A stretch of 64,000 nucleotides of DNA from a virus: the IMG/VR virus record IMGVR_UViG_3300026487_000001; one strand, written 5' to 3'. The position numbers and the translations under genes were made by a program. Numbering within the stretch: the stretch's first letter is position 1; the number at the start of each line of letters is the position of its first letter. The notes under the pieces are model-generated. The model saw only the letters and a list, made by a program, of their open reading frames with translations. It ran no database searches and was not told where the DNA came from. Positions 53,472 through 62,248 of the stretch are shown piece after piece.

Positions 53472-55157
53472 ATGTTACAACCTAATCACCCCTCTCCGGG
53501 GGTCTATTCGCAGGAGAATGATCGCAGCAACCAAGCGTCACTTGTGCAGTACGGCATGTGTACTCTGGTTCTGCCATTCCCTCGCGGACCTGTGGGTGTT
53601 AACACAACTGTTACCTCTAAGGATGAGATCGACGCAATTTTTGGTCCAGCAACGGGGCAGTACGCTAACAACGTCCAGAACGCAAAACTTCTGATGACGA
53701 AAGCAACCAAGCTGAACATTACGCGTGTCGCTCTCTCCGTGAAATACGCAGGTGTGTATATCACAACTTATAACAACTTCGCCACCTGCCGCCCTCTGGG
53801 TGACGCTGGACTTGTAGACCCTGAGCAGATTGCCTTCTCTGATCGTGATATTTGTTTGGTCTATGCAATGTCTCAGTACGCAGCGGCGAACGATATGTAC
53901 ATCACGTTTGAACCTGACGTGACTGATGCGCTGGGCATTAAGTCCATCATCAAAGTGTACCGTATCGGTTATCTGACTCCTCTTGAGTCTCATACCGTGA
54001 CTACGCGCTACTACAAAGACGAAGCGGGCAATCAGTTCTTCCTCGAAGACGTGATCAACGTTAACTCCAAGTACATCCGCGTTAAGCTGAACGAAAACCA
54101 CTATAAGCTGCTGGAAGACCCGAACTATGTGGTTATCAACTCCATCGGCGGTGGCCCGGCTGACCCAACGAACCCGACTGCTCCTAATGGTCAGTTCACT
54201 GGCGGTAGCGACGGCGCTGTTATCGACGTAGATCATTCTGATGCGACTATCGCTAACCAGAGTCTGTCTGCTGTGTTGACTGCGTGGGATAACTACCGAG
54301 ACTGGGAAGACGTTCAGGCAGGCATTCTGTGTGCTGGTGGCCTTGAGCATCCTGTGATTGCGAACAAGATCGATGAACTGGCTGAGAGCCGCATGGACTG
54401 TATCGCTACTCACGGCGTCCCTGTCAGCCTGCAAGCGCGTGACAATGCTGTGGCGTATCGCCGTGGCAACAAACCGTATCAGCAAGCAGAGTTCTCCATC
54501 ATTGGTTCTTGGTCGGCTATCTCGAATGCTGACGTTAAGGCCCGTGACAACGACAATGCGCGTGACTACTACGTGCCTGCATCTGTCTGTATGGCATACT
54601 GCATGTTGACTGCCGACCAAGTAGCATCGTGGTTAGCACCAGGCGGTCTGAATCGTGGTAAGCTGGACTTCGCTACTGACGTGCGCTATCGCTTTAAACA
54701 AGGCGACCGCGACGTTCTGGTAGACAACCAGATTAACCCGATTGCTGTATTCGACGGCGAAGGCATCTTCATGTGGGGTGCTGATACAACGTACACCACT
54801 AAGAGCCCGCTGCAGGATATCGGTATTCGTCGCCTGTTGGCAATGCTTCATGCTTCTGCTCGTGCAAACAACCTGAGTGCCGTGTTCGAACCGAACGATG
54901 ACATTCTGAAACAGCGCCAGAAGTCTGCGATGGAAGCAATCCTCGAACCGATTAAGACCGGTCGTGGTTTGCGTTGGTATGCAGTCCAGTGTGACTACAA
55001 GAACAACACCGCAGAAGACGAAGCGCGTGGCGATCTGATCATCGACGTGTTCCTTGACCCGACTCGCTACACTAAACGCATTCACGTAACTGCTATCGTA
55101 CCGCCTGTCGGTGATATTCAGTACGCGCTGCAACTGATTAACTCTGGTGCACTCTAA
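53472..55157 (+). CDS. Tail sheath protein (paralog 2, in the canonical position upstream of tube)
   Basis: 561 aa. PSPGVYSQE, SWLAPGGLNRGKLDF, GIFMWGADTT, IDVFLDPTRYTKRIHVTAIV. Followed by the tube gene. Confidence 0.85.
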   Translation: MLQPNHPSPGVYSQENDRSNQASLVQYGMCTLVLPFPRGPVGVNTTVTSKDEIDAIFGPATGQYANNVQNAKLLMTKATKLNITRVALSVKYAGVYITTYNNFATCRPLGDAGLVDPEQIAFSDRDICLVYAMSQYAAANDMYITFEPDVTDALGIKSIIKVYRIGYLTPLESHTVTTRYYKDEAGNQFFLEDVINVNSKYIRVKLNENHYKLLEDPNYVVINSIGGGPADPTNPTAPNGQFTGGSDGAVIDVDHSDATIANQSLSAVLTAWDNYRDWEDVQAGILCAGGLEHPVIANKIDELAESRMDCIATHGVPVSLQARDNAVAYRRGNKPYQQAEFSIIGSWSAISNADVKARDNDNARDYYVPASVCMAYCMLTADQVASWLAPGGLNRGKLDFATDVRYRFKQGDRDVLVDNQINPIAVFDGEGIFMWGADTTYTTKSPLQDIGIRRLLAMLHASARANNLSAVFEPNDDILKQRQKSAMEAILEPIKTGRGLRWYAVQCDYKNNTAEDEARGDLIIDVFLDPTRYTKRIHVTAIVPPVGDIQYALQLINSGAL

Positions 55158-55168
55158 GGAGCTTTTAG

Positions 55169-55681
55169 ATGCCAAAGGTAACTCTTGACGAATTTGCGTC
55201 TACGAAAGATCCGTTACTCGATGACAACTTCGAGTTCCTGATCCCTAACCCGCCTGTCGGTGGTACGGACTATGCGCGTACTCTGCGTCTGTTCTGTAAG
55301 ACTGGCGTTAAGCCTGGTTCAACGCTCGAAGAAGTTCTGAAAGAAGCGTTCGGCCACCAGCTTAACTACGCTGGCCGTAAGATCTTCTCTCACGCTCTGT
55401 CCACTGAGTACAACGAAAACTCAGAGATGGCCGTGTACAAACAACTGGAAGAGTGGCACCAGTTTGTGCGTAACACTCAAACCCAGCTGGGCGCACGTAA
55501 GGCAGACTACGCAACGAAAGGAATCTTCCGTATCTTCGATATGGACGGTTCTGTAGTTGCTGAGTACAACATCTACGGTGTGTGGCCGAAACAGGTTCCT
55601 GATTTGCAGTTCTCTGGTGCTGCACAGGCTGTTCCGGTATCAATCGAATGGTCCTTCGACTACGCCGAACTCGCATCGTAA
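55169..55681 (+). CDS. Tail tube protein (T4 gp19-like family)
   Basis: 170 aa. FEFLIPNPP..., ..YNIYGVWPKQVPDLQFS...VSIEWSFDY is typical of contractile-tail tube proteins. Followed by a terminator. Confidence 0.7.
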   Translation: MPKVTLDEFASTKDPLLDDNFEFLIPNPPVGGTDYARTLRLFCKTGVKPGSTLEEVLKEAFGHQLNYAGRKIFSHALSTEYNENSEMAVYKQLEEWHQFVRNTQTQLGARKADYATKGIFRIFDMDGSVVAEYNIYGVWPKQVPDLQFSGAAQAVPVSIEWSFDYAELAS

Positions 55682-55690
55682 GAAACACAA

Positions 55691-55717
55691 GGGCCAAGAT
55701 TCGTTCTGGCCCTTTTT
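55691..55717 (+). terminator. Intrinsic terminator
   Basis: GGGCCA(A)GA...TCTGGCCC hairpin + TTTTT. Confidence 0.7.
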
Positions 55718-55732
55718 CGTTTTGGAGAGACT

Positions 55733-56407
55733 ATGCTTATTCTACTGAGCGAAAGCGCACGTAAGACACCTGCCGTAGGTATTCAAGACTGCGACTGGTA
55801 TCGCTTCGAAGGTAAGCGCAAGGTAAGCATTGAGAACAAGGAGCATGAAGCCGATATCGAGGAAAAAGATGTATTCGGTATCTTGGCTGCAAAGCGCAAC
55901 AAGTTCTATGTGCTGCATAAGGATGACCCGTCAGTAGTGTTTGAAGTCGATGCGCCTACAGCACGTTCGTTGCTTGGCCGCAGTCGTCCGTTCACTGGTA
56001 CAGTGTCCGGCATTCGCATTAAGAAGGCGAGTGACAAGAATACTCCAGCGCGTGAGAAACTTCCTGCTGCACCGAAAGAACCACAACCAAAGAAACCATT
56101 CAAAGCTGTTCCTGGCTCTAAAGCAGAGAACACGAAGCTGACTCAAGAGCTACGTAAGGCCAAGTTTAAGAACGCTGGTCGTATTGAGTTCCTTGCTCGA
56201 ATCCCAATGCCAACTGGCGGAACGTATAACTACTACGACGCGTCAGAAACGTTTGATGGCTACAAAGCCAATCAGCGTGACAAGTGGGAAACGGACTACG
56301 AGAAAGCAGTCGTTAAGCAGATTGAGAGTGGTGGCTATCTGGTTGGTGCTACGTTCCTCAAGTTCGACGATGCCGTTAGGCCTGTGCTTGTTATTGTAGA
56401 GGACTAA
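55733..56407 (+). CDS. Tail-module protein with recurrent N-terminal domain and basic linker
   Basis: 224 aa. DVFGILAAKRNKFYVLHKDDPSVVFEVD..SRPFTG is shared with 38718 and 46720. KKASDKNTPAREKLPAAPKEPQPKKPFK. Confidence 0.65.
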   Translation: MLILLSESARKTPAVGIQDCDWYRFEGKRKVSIENKEHEADIEEKDVFGILAAKRNKFYVLHKDDPSVVFEVDAPTARSLLGRSRPFTGTVSGIRIKKASDKNTPAREKLPAAPKEPQPKKPFKAVPGSKAENTKLTQELRKAKFKNAGRIEFLARIPMPTGGTYNYYDASETFDGYKANQRDKWETDYEKAVVKQIESGGYLVGATFLKFDDAVRPVLVIVED

Positions 56408-56409
56408 TC

Positions 56410-56922
56410 ATGCCGCTGCCGACGCTTGATGACCTGAATGATTCTTCTGCTCCTGGCCTTGACGATCCCTTCATGCAAGACAAGTGGCGTGTGCGAGAAT
56501 TTCCTGTTATTGGTAATATATCGTTAAGCCCGTTCGCGTGTGAAGAAGTAGACTTGCCATTCTCCGTCTATCAATCGAAATCAAAAGAAGTGGCCACGGT
56601 GCAAATCAACTGGCCACATGGTTCGAGCGTTGACGGATTCAGTCTGCTATTTGGTATCGACCAGAAGCTCGCAGTGATGAAATATTTCAATGCGTGGCAG
56701 AGTCTGATTCAGAATCCGTACACGGGTGGCTTCCGTCTGCCGTCTGTGTATAAGAAAAACCTTATCATTGAGCTATACGACAACCAAGGGCAAATGGTTG
56801 GCGAACAACAGCTACGCAACTGCTGGCCTATCGGTGGTCAAAGCATTCAGCTTAACGGCACCGGCGGTAGAGGCATGTGGTCTGTGCAAATGGCTCTTGA
56901 TGTTTCCCGACCAATGATGTGA
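56410..56922 (+). CDS. Tube-like paralog (tube initiator/terminator candidate)
   Basis: 170 aa. ..LRNCWPIGGQSIQLNGTGGRGMWSVQMALDV parallels the C-terminal block of 55169. Confidence 0.5.
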   Translation: MPLPTLDDLNDSSAPGLDDPFMQDKWRVREFPVIGNISLSPFACEEVDLPFSVYQSKSKEVATVQINWPHGSSVDGFSLLFGIDQKLAVMKYFNAWQSLIQNPYTGGFRLPSVYKKNLIIELYDNQGQMVGEQQLRNCWPIGGQSIQLNGTGGRGMWSVQMALDVSRPMM

Positions 56923-56932
56923 GATAACAACT

Positions 56933-57616
56933 ATGGAAATTCAAACAGCGAGTTTACCTTCTCGTGGCTATAAGGCTGAACTGCCTACAGCTTTTGAGAT
57001 GCGTCGTTTCGGCGGTAAAGAGAACCGTGCTATTGCTAAGGCTATTGATGCAAAGGATATGAAGTACATCCTGCTCGATGCTCTGGCGCCGTGTCTCAAT
57101 ATCAAACTCGAAGAACTGACCGTGCCTGATGCGTTTGCTTTGGTCTTCCAGCAGCGTATGTGGATGAACACTGTTATGCCACTGCGTACATACTGGAACT
57201 GCAAGAAGCCGCTGTTTGAATATTCCGACGGCATTGTGAATGAGTTGCGTCCTGAAGGTGGCGTTATCAATACGTTCCCTTGCGATGCAAACAACGTTGG
57301 CGTGATTGATGAAACGTCAATGACCATCGCAATGCTTAACGCAGAGCACGAACACTTTGACCTTCCTCGTATGCGTCACTATGAACGTGCATCGGAAGAT
57401 ATGTTTAGCTGGCACGTAGCTCACATGGGTCGTAACTTCGATGCCAACGTAGCACGTCTGGAAGAACAGTCCGACCTAACTCTCTGGCTTGAACTGTCTG
57501 AGTGGGTACGTGCTTCCCGCCATGGACTGCTGACTGATATTGAACTTCTGTGCCCGCACTGCCAACGCCGCAGCACACGCGCATGGGATCTTAACCCAGC
57601 GGTCTTTGTCAACTAA
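56933..57616 (+). CDS. Tail assembly chaperone / hub-assembly-like protein (paralog 1)
   Basis: 227 aa. N-terminal LPSRG and C-terminal CPHC motif. Located upstream of the tape measure. Confidence 0.4.
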   Translation: MEIQTASLPSRGYKAELPTAFEMRRFGGKENRAIAKAIDAKDMKYILLDALAPCLNIKLEELTVPDAFALVFQQRMWMNTVMPLRTYWNCKKPLFEYSDGIVNELRPEGGVINTFPCDANNVGVIDETSMTIAMLNAEHEHFDLPRMRHYERASEDMFSWHVAHMGRNFDANVARLEEQSDLTLWLELSEWVRASRHGLLTDIELLCPHCQRRSTRAWDLNPAVFVN

Positions 57617-58461
57617 TGTTAGAGATCTATCTCCCTTCAGGCAGGTCAGATTGTCGTATCAGCCAAATAACGGCAGATGCAATGTCGAGTCTGTTTAACG
57701 CGCAGAAACACAAACTGCCTGAACTCTTTGTTGATACGTTGCAGCGATTCACCAACGTGAAGGTCAGAGAGATGTACCTCGAAGACTTCCGCTATATGCT
57801 GGCAATGTTCGACAGAAATAGTTGGCCGCAATCGCATCGTCTGTATGAATGGCGATGCACCACGCCCTTCTTTGTTGATATGCGTGGTGAGCGTTACTAC
57901 GATAGGCCAAGAGGCTGCAAGTTCGTTGAAGTAGACTGCGGCCTGCTCAACACCGAAGAAGTCATGCGACAAAGAATAGTTCAGCACAAATGGCGCGACC
58001 TTCCAAAGGGCTTGCGCCATCCTACTGTTCAGCGTTGGATTGATGCAGAGTTGCTGGCTGAGCATGAGAACCGTACTCAGGTAATGAACGCGATGTATAT
58101 CGACAGCGATATTCCTCTTGCGCAGACACTTGAGTATGCAGACCCAATCGAACTGCTTAACGCCAGTAACTACGTGTATGTGAGTTGCGAACTGGAGACC
58201 ACCCACAAGTGCAACCGTTGCTTCCGTACATACACCTACAAAAGTCCAATTGATATTCTCGGCTACTTCCGTGTGTTCTCTGACACGTCAATGATGAACA
58301 TGACGCTTGACCTCGCCAGCGCCAAGAACATCTACGTGCCAGACGATATAACGATCAACAAATTGCTTTACTGGCATAGTGCTTATGTTCACGATAAGAA
58401 CAAAGCCGAAGAACAGCGAGCACTTGCGTTAGCAGCGCAGAGAGGCCGTAGAGGTGGATAA
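57616..58461 (+). CDS. Tail assembly chaperone / hub-assembly-like protein (paralog 2)
   Basis: 281 aa. N-terminal LPSGR and C-terminal CNRC motif. TAATG overlap. Confidence 0.4.
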   Translation: MLEIYLPSGRSDCRISQITADAMSSLFNAQKHKLPELFVDTLQRFTNVKVREMYLEDFRYMLAMFDRNSWPQSHRLYEWRCTTPFFVDMRGERYYDRPRGCKFVEVDCGLLNTEEVMRQRIVQHKWRDLPKGLRHPTVQRWIDAELLAEHENRTQVMNAMYIDSDIPLAQTLEYADPIELLNASNYVYVSCELETTHKCNRCFRTYTYKSPIDILGYFRVFSDTSMMNMTLDLASAKNIYVPDDITINKLLYWHSAYVHDKNKAEEQRALALAAQRGRRGG

Positions 58462-61151
58462 TGGCTAAGCCACAAGAAAAAGAGTTGTCCGCACTCGAAC
58501 TAATGATCGAACATGCGGACAGCGTTAGTCCTTCTGTAGCGGGTATGCCTAAAGCTCGTCGCAAACGTAAGGCTGCGAATGATTATCCTACGCAGGCTGA
58601 TTACGAACGCGATTACGACCCAGAGATGTACGAAGAAGAAGTTGTCTACGTCGGTCCTGGATCAAGAGCGAAGAACCGTGCAGCGAAAGCTATGCGCGAG
58701 AAGATGGCCAATCAGCGTGTGCGCTATGTCAATGATAGCGAAGCGATACCAACATCTCCTCGTCCTGTAGCACAACAACCTAATTCCCGCGAAGTAGAGT
58801 CAGCACTCGAAGACCTGTTCATTGCAGGCGAGAAGTCTGGTGACGATATTGTTAAGGCAATCAAAGAAGGCAATGCAGTCTCTACCAAGACGCAGAAAGC
58901 TCTCGAAGATTGGCTTGAGTGGGAAAAGCGCGAGGCATTCAAAGAGAAGAATCGCGCTAAGTCAGATCCACATGGACAACAGCCTGGTGCTGGTGGTCCT
59001 AACACGGGTGCTAATGATGACGACAACGGCCCGGATAATGATAGCGGTAGTGATCTCGGTGATTCTGGTAACGATAATCGTCGTCGCCGTACCGGTCGTC
59101 GTAATCGCCGTGGCAGACGTTACGGTAGAGGCGCCGGTAATCGTAGAGGACCCGGACGCAATCTCCCACGTTCTCGCTTCCCGCGACTGAGAGGCAAAGC
59201 TGGTGCGTTAATGGCACTGGTTGGTATTGGTGCTGCAACTGCTGGTGGCTTGTGGTTGAAAGAAAGATCACAAGAGAAGTTTGAGCAGGACAACGCAGAG
59301 AACTCTGGTGCAGGTATGCCAGAAGCTCCGGCCCAGCCTCAGCCTGTAGCACAGCCCCAAGAAGTTCAACGTGCCGAAGAAGCTGCTAAGGGTGATACGC
59401 CTCAGCCTCCTTCACAAGCACAAGATGCTGCTGTAGCTGGCGCTTCAATGTTGCTGGCTGGTGCGTCTAAGAAGATTCCTGTCATCGGTCCTGCTTTAGG
59501 TAACAGTATCGGCCTTGCGAATGATATGCAGCACATCGACGCAGACGAAACTCTTACTGACGCTGAGAAGGCGCACGAGAAGAAGAAAGCGACTGGCGGA
59601 GCTATTGGCGGTACTGCTGGTGGTACAACAGGCGCTATTGCTGGTGCGTGGATTGGCGGTACGCTGGGTTCAGTTGTTCCTGTCGTTGGTACCGCTGCCG
59701 GTGCTGCTCTTGGCAGTCTGTTGGGGGGCATCTTGGGTGACTACTTCGGTAACTCTGTCGGCGAATACGTTGCTGACAAGATAACTGATGAAACCGACAC
59801 GATGCTTGCTGACGGCGAGAAAGACCGTAAAGAGAAGATGGAGGATTACAACAAGACCACTGACGAGAACGAGAACAAGTCCAAGTTCCCGCAGCCCACT
59901 GTCTCACCTTTCAGCTTTATGGGTATGATGGGAATGGGTGCTGGTGTCGGAGGCGGTGGTGGTCAGTATCAAGGACCGATGCGAGCGCAGCCTGCCAAGC
60001 GATATGACAGCAAACAGGTAACTGATATTGCCAACAAAGCGATTGCTGAGGGCGGTCTTGGTTCTGTTAGTGAGCAGTTCGAGTCTGGTGGTCGAGGCGT
60101 CAGCACTGTATCTACTGGTAAAGGTGACTACGGCGGTGTGTCGTATGGTAAGCACCAGCTAGCCACAAACAACGGCAGTATGATGAACTTCCTGAACAGC
60201 CCTGAAGGTAAACCGTTCTTAGAACGCTTCGGTGGCCTTGCTCCGGGAACGTCTCAGTTCAACTCCGTATATAAAGATGTGGCAAACACTCAGGGTGAGG
60301 CTTTTGATAAAGCGCAGTCTGACTATATCACGCGTACTCACTATGCGCCGCTTGCTGCGAAGATGCAGAACGAAGTAGGTGTTGACCTGACGAAGCGTGG
60401 TGCAGGTGTTAAAGAGCTGATGTATAGCACGGCCGTTCAGTACGGAGCAGGCACCAGCGTTATCTCGAATGCGCTGCAAGGCAAAGACGTTAACAGCATG
60501 TCCGACGATGAACTGATTAAGACCATCCAGGATTATAAAGCTGCAACGACTGACAAATACTTCAAGTCCTCTGATGCTCAGACAAGGCAGTCCGTTGCCA
60601 CGCGAGCGCAGAACGAGAAGGACGTATTGCTCAAGGTAGCTGAGGCAGATCGTCAGAAGAAAGCTGTAAATACTCCTAAGCCGGCTGAAACGGAAGCGGA
60701 GCAGGATGCACGTATTGCTGCTCGATTCCCAGACCTGCCTAAGGGTGAACCTCAGACGTATTCTGAAACTGATCCCAATTCGCTGCCTGACTTCACAGGT
60801 AGAGGACCTGTAGCACCTAAGTCCTCACCAGAAGAGCATGAGCGTCGCTTGAATGACCTTGTTGCCGCGGCTGCACCTGATGTTAAACGCATTGAGCCTA
60901 CAGTCAAGCCGGAAGAAACTGTTGCGAGACAGCCACTCGTTACTGAGGGTGATATTGCTCGTACAGAAGCACCTGCTCCGCCACCACCAGCTCAAGCACC
61001 TGCGCCTGAGATGCCGAAAGGTGGCGCTGTGTCTCGTCCAAGCTCTAGCGGTTCAAGCAACGCAAGTCCTAGTAACTCACATTCGCTCGACTCAATTCCA
61101 GTGTTTATGGATGATCCGATGATGAACATGATTACTATGGGCTACATGTGA
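58461..61151 (+). CDS. Tape-measure-like protein with Gly-zipper membrane segments and lysozyme-like domain
   Basis: 896 aa. RRRRTGRRNRRGRRYGRG. GGAIGGTAGGTTGAIAGAWIGGTLG. ESGGRGVSTVSTGKGDYGGVSYGKHQLATNNGSM resembles muralytic domains. Pro-rich C-terminus. Confidence 0.6.
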   Translation: MAKPQEKELSALELMIEHADSVSPSVAGMPKARRKRKAANDYPTQADYERDYDPEMYEEEVVYVGPGSRAKNRAAKAMREKMANQRVRYVNDSEAIPTSPRPVAQQPNSREVESALEDLFIAGEKSGDDIVKAIKEGNAVSTKTQKALEDWLEWEKREAFKEKNRAKSDPHGQQPGAGGPNTGANDDDNGPDNDSGSDLGDSGNDNRRRRTGRRNRRGRRYGRGAGNRRGPGRNLPRSRFPRLRGKAGALMALVGIGAATAGGLWLKERSQEKFEQDNAENSGAGMPEAPAQPQPVAQPQEVQRAEEAAKGDTPQPPSQAQDAAVAGASMLLAGASKKIPVIGPALGNSIGLANDMQHIDADETLTDAEKAHEKKKATGGAIGGTAGGTTGAIAGAWIGGTLGSVVPVVGTAAGAALGSLLGGILGDYFGNSVGEYVADKITDETDTMLADGEKDRKEKMEDYNKTTDENENKSKFPQPTVSPFSFMGMMGMGAGVGGGGGQYQGPMRAQPAKRYDSKQVTDIANKAIAEGGLGSVSEQFESGGRGVSTVSTGKGDYGGVSYGKHQLATNNGSMMNFLNSPEGKPFLERFGGLAPGTSQFNSVYKDVANTQGEAFDKAQSDYITRTHYAPLAAKMQNEVGVDLTKRGAGVKELMYSTAVQYGAGTSVISNALQGKDVNSMSDDELIKTIQDYKAATTDKYFKSSDAQTRQSVATRAQNEKDVLLKVAEADRQKKAVNTPKPAETEAEQDARIAARFPDLPKGEPQTYSETDPNSLPDFTGRGPVAPKSSPEEHERRLNDLVAAAAPDVKRIEPTVKPEETVARQPLVTEGDIARTEAPAPPPPAQAPAPEMPKGGAVSRPSSSGSSNASPSNSHSLDSIPVFMDDPMMNMITMGYM

Positions 61152-61163
61152 TAAGGAGTTTGT

Positions 61164-61970
61164 GTGGCTAACTATTTAATGCCTGCCGATGGTGGGCAAG
61201 CCACTGCTGTAGGTAGCACACGGTCGCGTGACGATATTATCTCTGTCGATAACATGTATCGTGTGAAGATCTACAACAAGAGTGGTACAATCAAGTTCAC
61301 TGGTTTCATTCCACCAGACTTCTCGTTCAGCCTGTCTTCTCAGTGGGACGCACCATTTGCTAACACTTCACTTGCTGACGTTGCCGCTAAAGGCGGTGAT
61401 GCTCTGTCAACTGTAGGTGGTAAGTTGGGTGCCGCCGGTGCATTCATCGGCAACAATGCTGGTGCAATGGATAAAGCGCTGCGATTCGCTGGCGCCAGTT
61501 CTATGCACAAGTTGGCGAGTGCTCGCGTATGGGGAGGTCCGAGTTATCTATCAATCGACCTTCCTATCTTCGTCGATGCCTACTCTGACACTAAAAGCGA
61601 AGTTGTTGATACGACCATCAACCTGCTGTCGCTATGTGCACCTTCTGAGAACGGCGGCCTGTTGATGCCTCCTGGCCCAAGCCCGTTAAAATCAGTCAGT
61701 ATGGAAACACTCACACTGGCTGCTGGTGGCGGGGGTGCTGATGCGGCTAACGCTGCAATAGGTAACATCTTAGAGGACAGCGAGGCGTTCTTCGTTGATA
61801 TTGGTAATTTCTTCTCCATGAGTCCGTGTGTTGTTGATAGCGTGAGCGCTAACTTCGATAACGTGTGGGAAGATGGTACTGGTAACCCTATCAGCGTGGA
61901 CTTCATCCTGCAGGTCAGTAGCTACTTTGCTGTAACGCGAGAGGACTTGAAGAAATGGCTGAAACAATAG
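61164..61970 (+). CDS. Baseplate/tail protein, unknown function
   Basis: 268-aa ORF, GTG start with TAAGGAG RBS. Confidence 0.6.
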   Translation: MANYLMPADGGQATAVGSTRSRDDIISVDNMYRVKIYNKSGTIKFTGFIPPDFSFSLSSQWDAPFANTSLADVAAKGGDALSTVGGKLGAAGAFIGNNAGAMDKALRFAGASSMHKLASARVWGGPSYLSIDLPIFVDAYSDTKSEVVDTTINLLSLCAPSENGGLLMPPGPSPLKSVSMETLTLAAGGGGADAANAAIGNILEDSEAFFVDIGNFFSMSPCVVDSVSANFDNVWEDGTGNPISVDFILQVSSYFAVTREDLKKWLKQ

Positions 61971-62248
61971 GCGTGATCGACAAGTGGGGAATTGACCCTC
62001 TAAGTATGAAGGTGTTTGAGGATGCAGACACGGCGCTGTATACCACGCCAACTCGAATCGACGCCTCAATGGAGGGCAATCCTCAACTATTGTCGCACAT
62101 TACATACGGCTCGAACGCTAACTGGGTGTTGTTGCTTATTGCGAACGCTCTGCTTCATCCATCTGAGATGCAGGCAGGGATGCTCATGGCGATACCTCAG
62201 AAGCGTCCGAGTTCTGCTATCAAGAAAGTTAAGAGGACGCAAATCTAA
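61955..62248 (+). CDS. LysM-like small tail protein (P2 gpX-like?)
   Basis: 97 aa. ..NWVLLLIANALLHPSEMQAGMLMAIP.. resembles a LysM/gpX C-terminal pattern. Position next to the hub fits. Confidence 0.35.
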   Translation: MAETIGVIDKWGIDPLSMKVFEDADTALYTTPTRIDASMEGNPQLLSHITYGSNANWVLLLIANALLHPSEMQAGMLMAIPQKRPSSAIKKVKRTQI

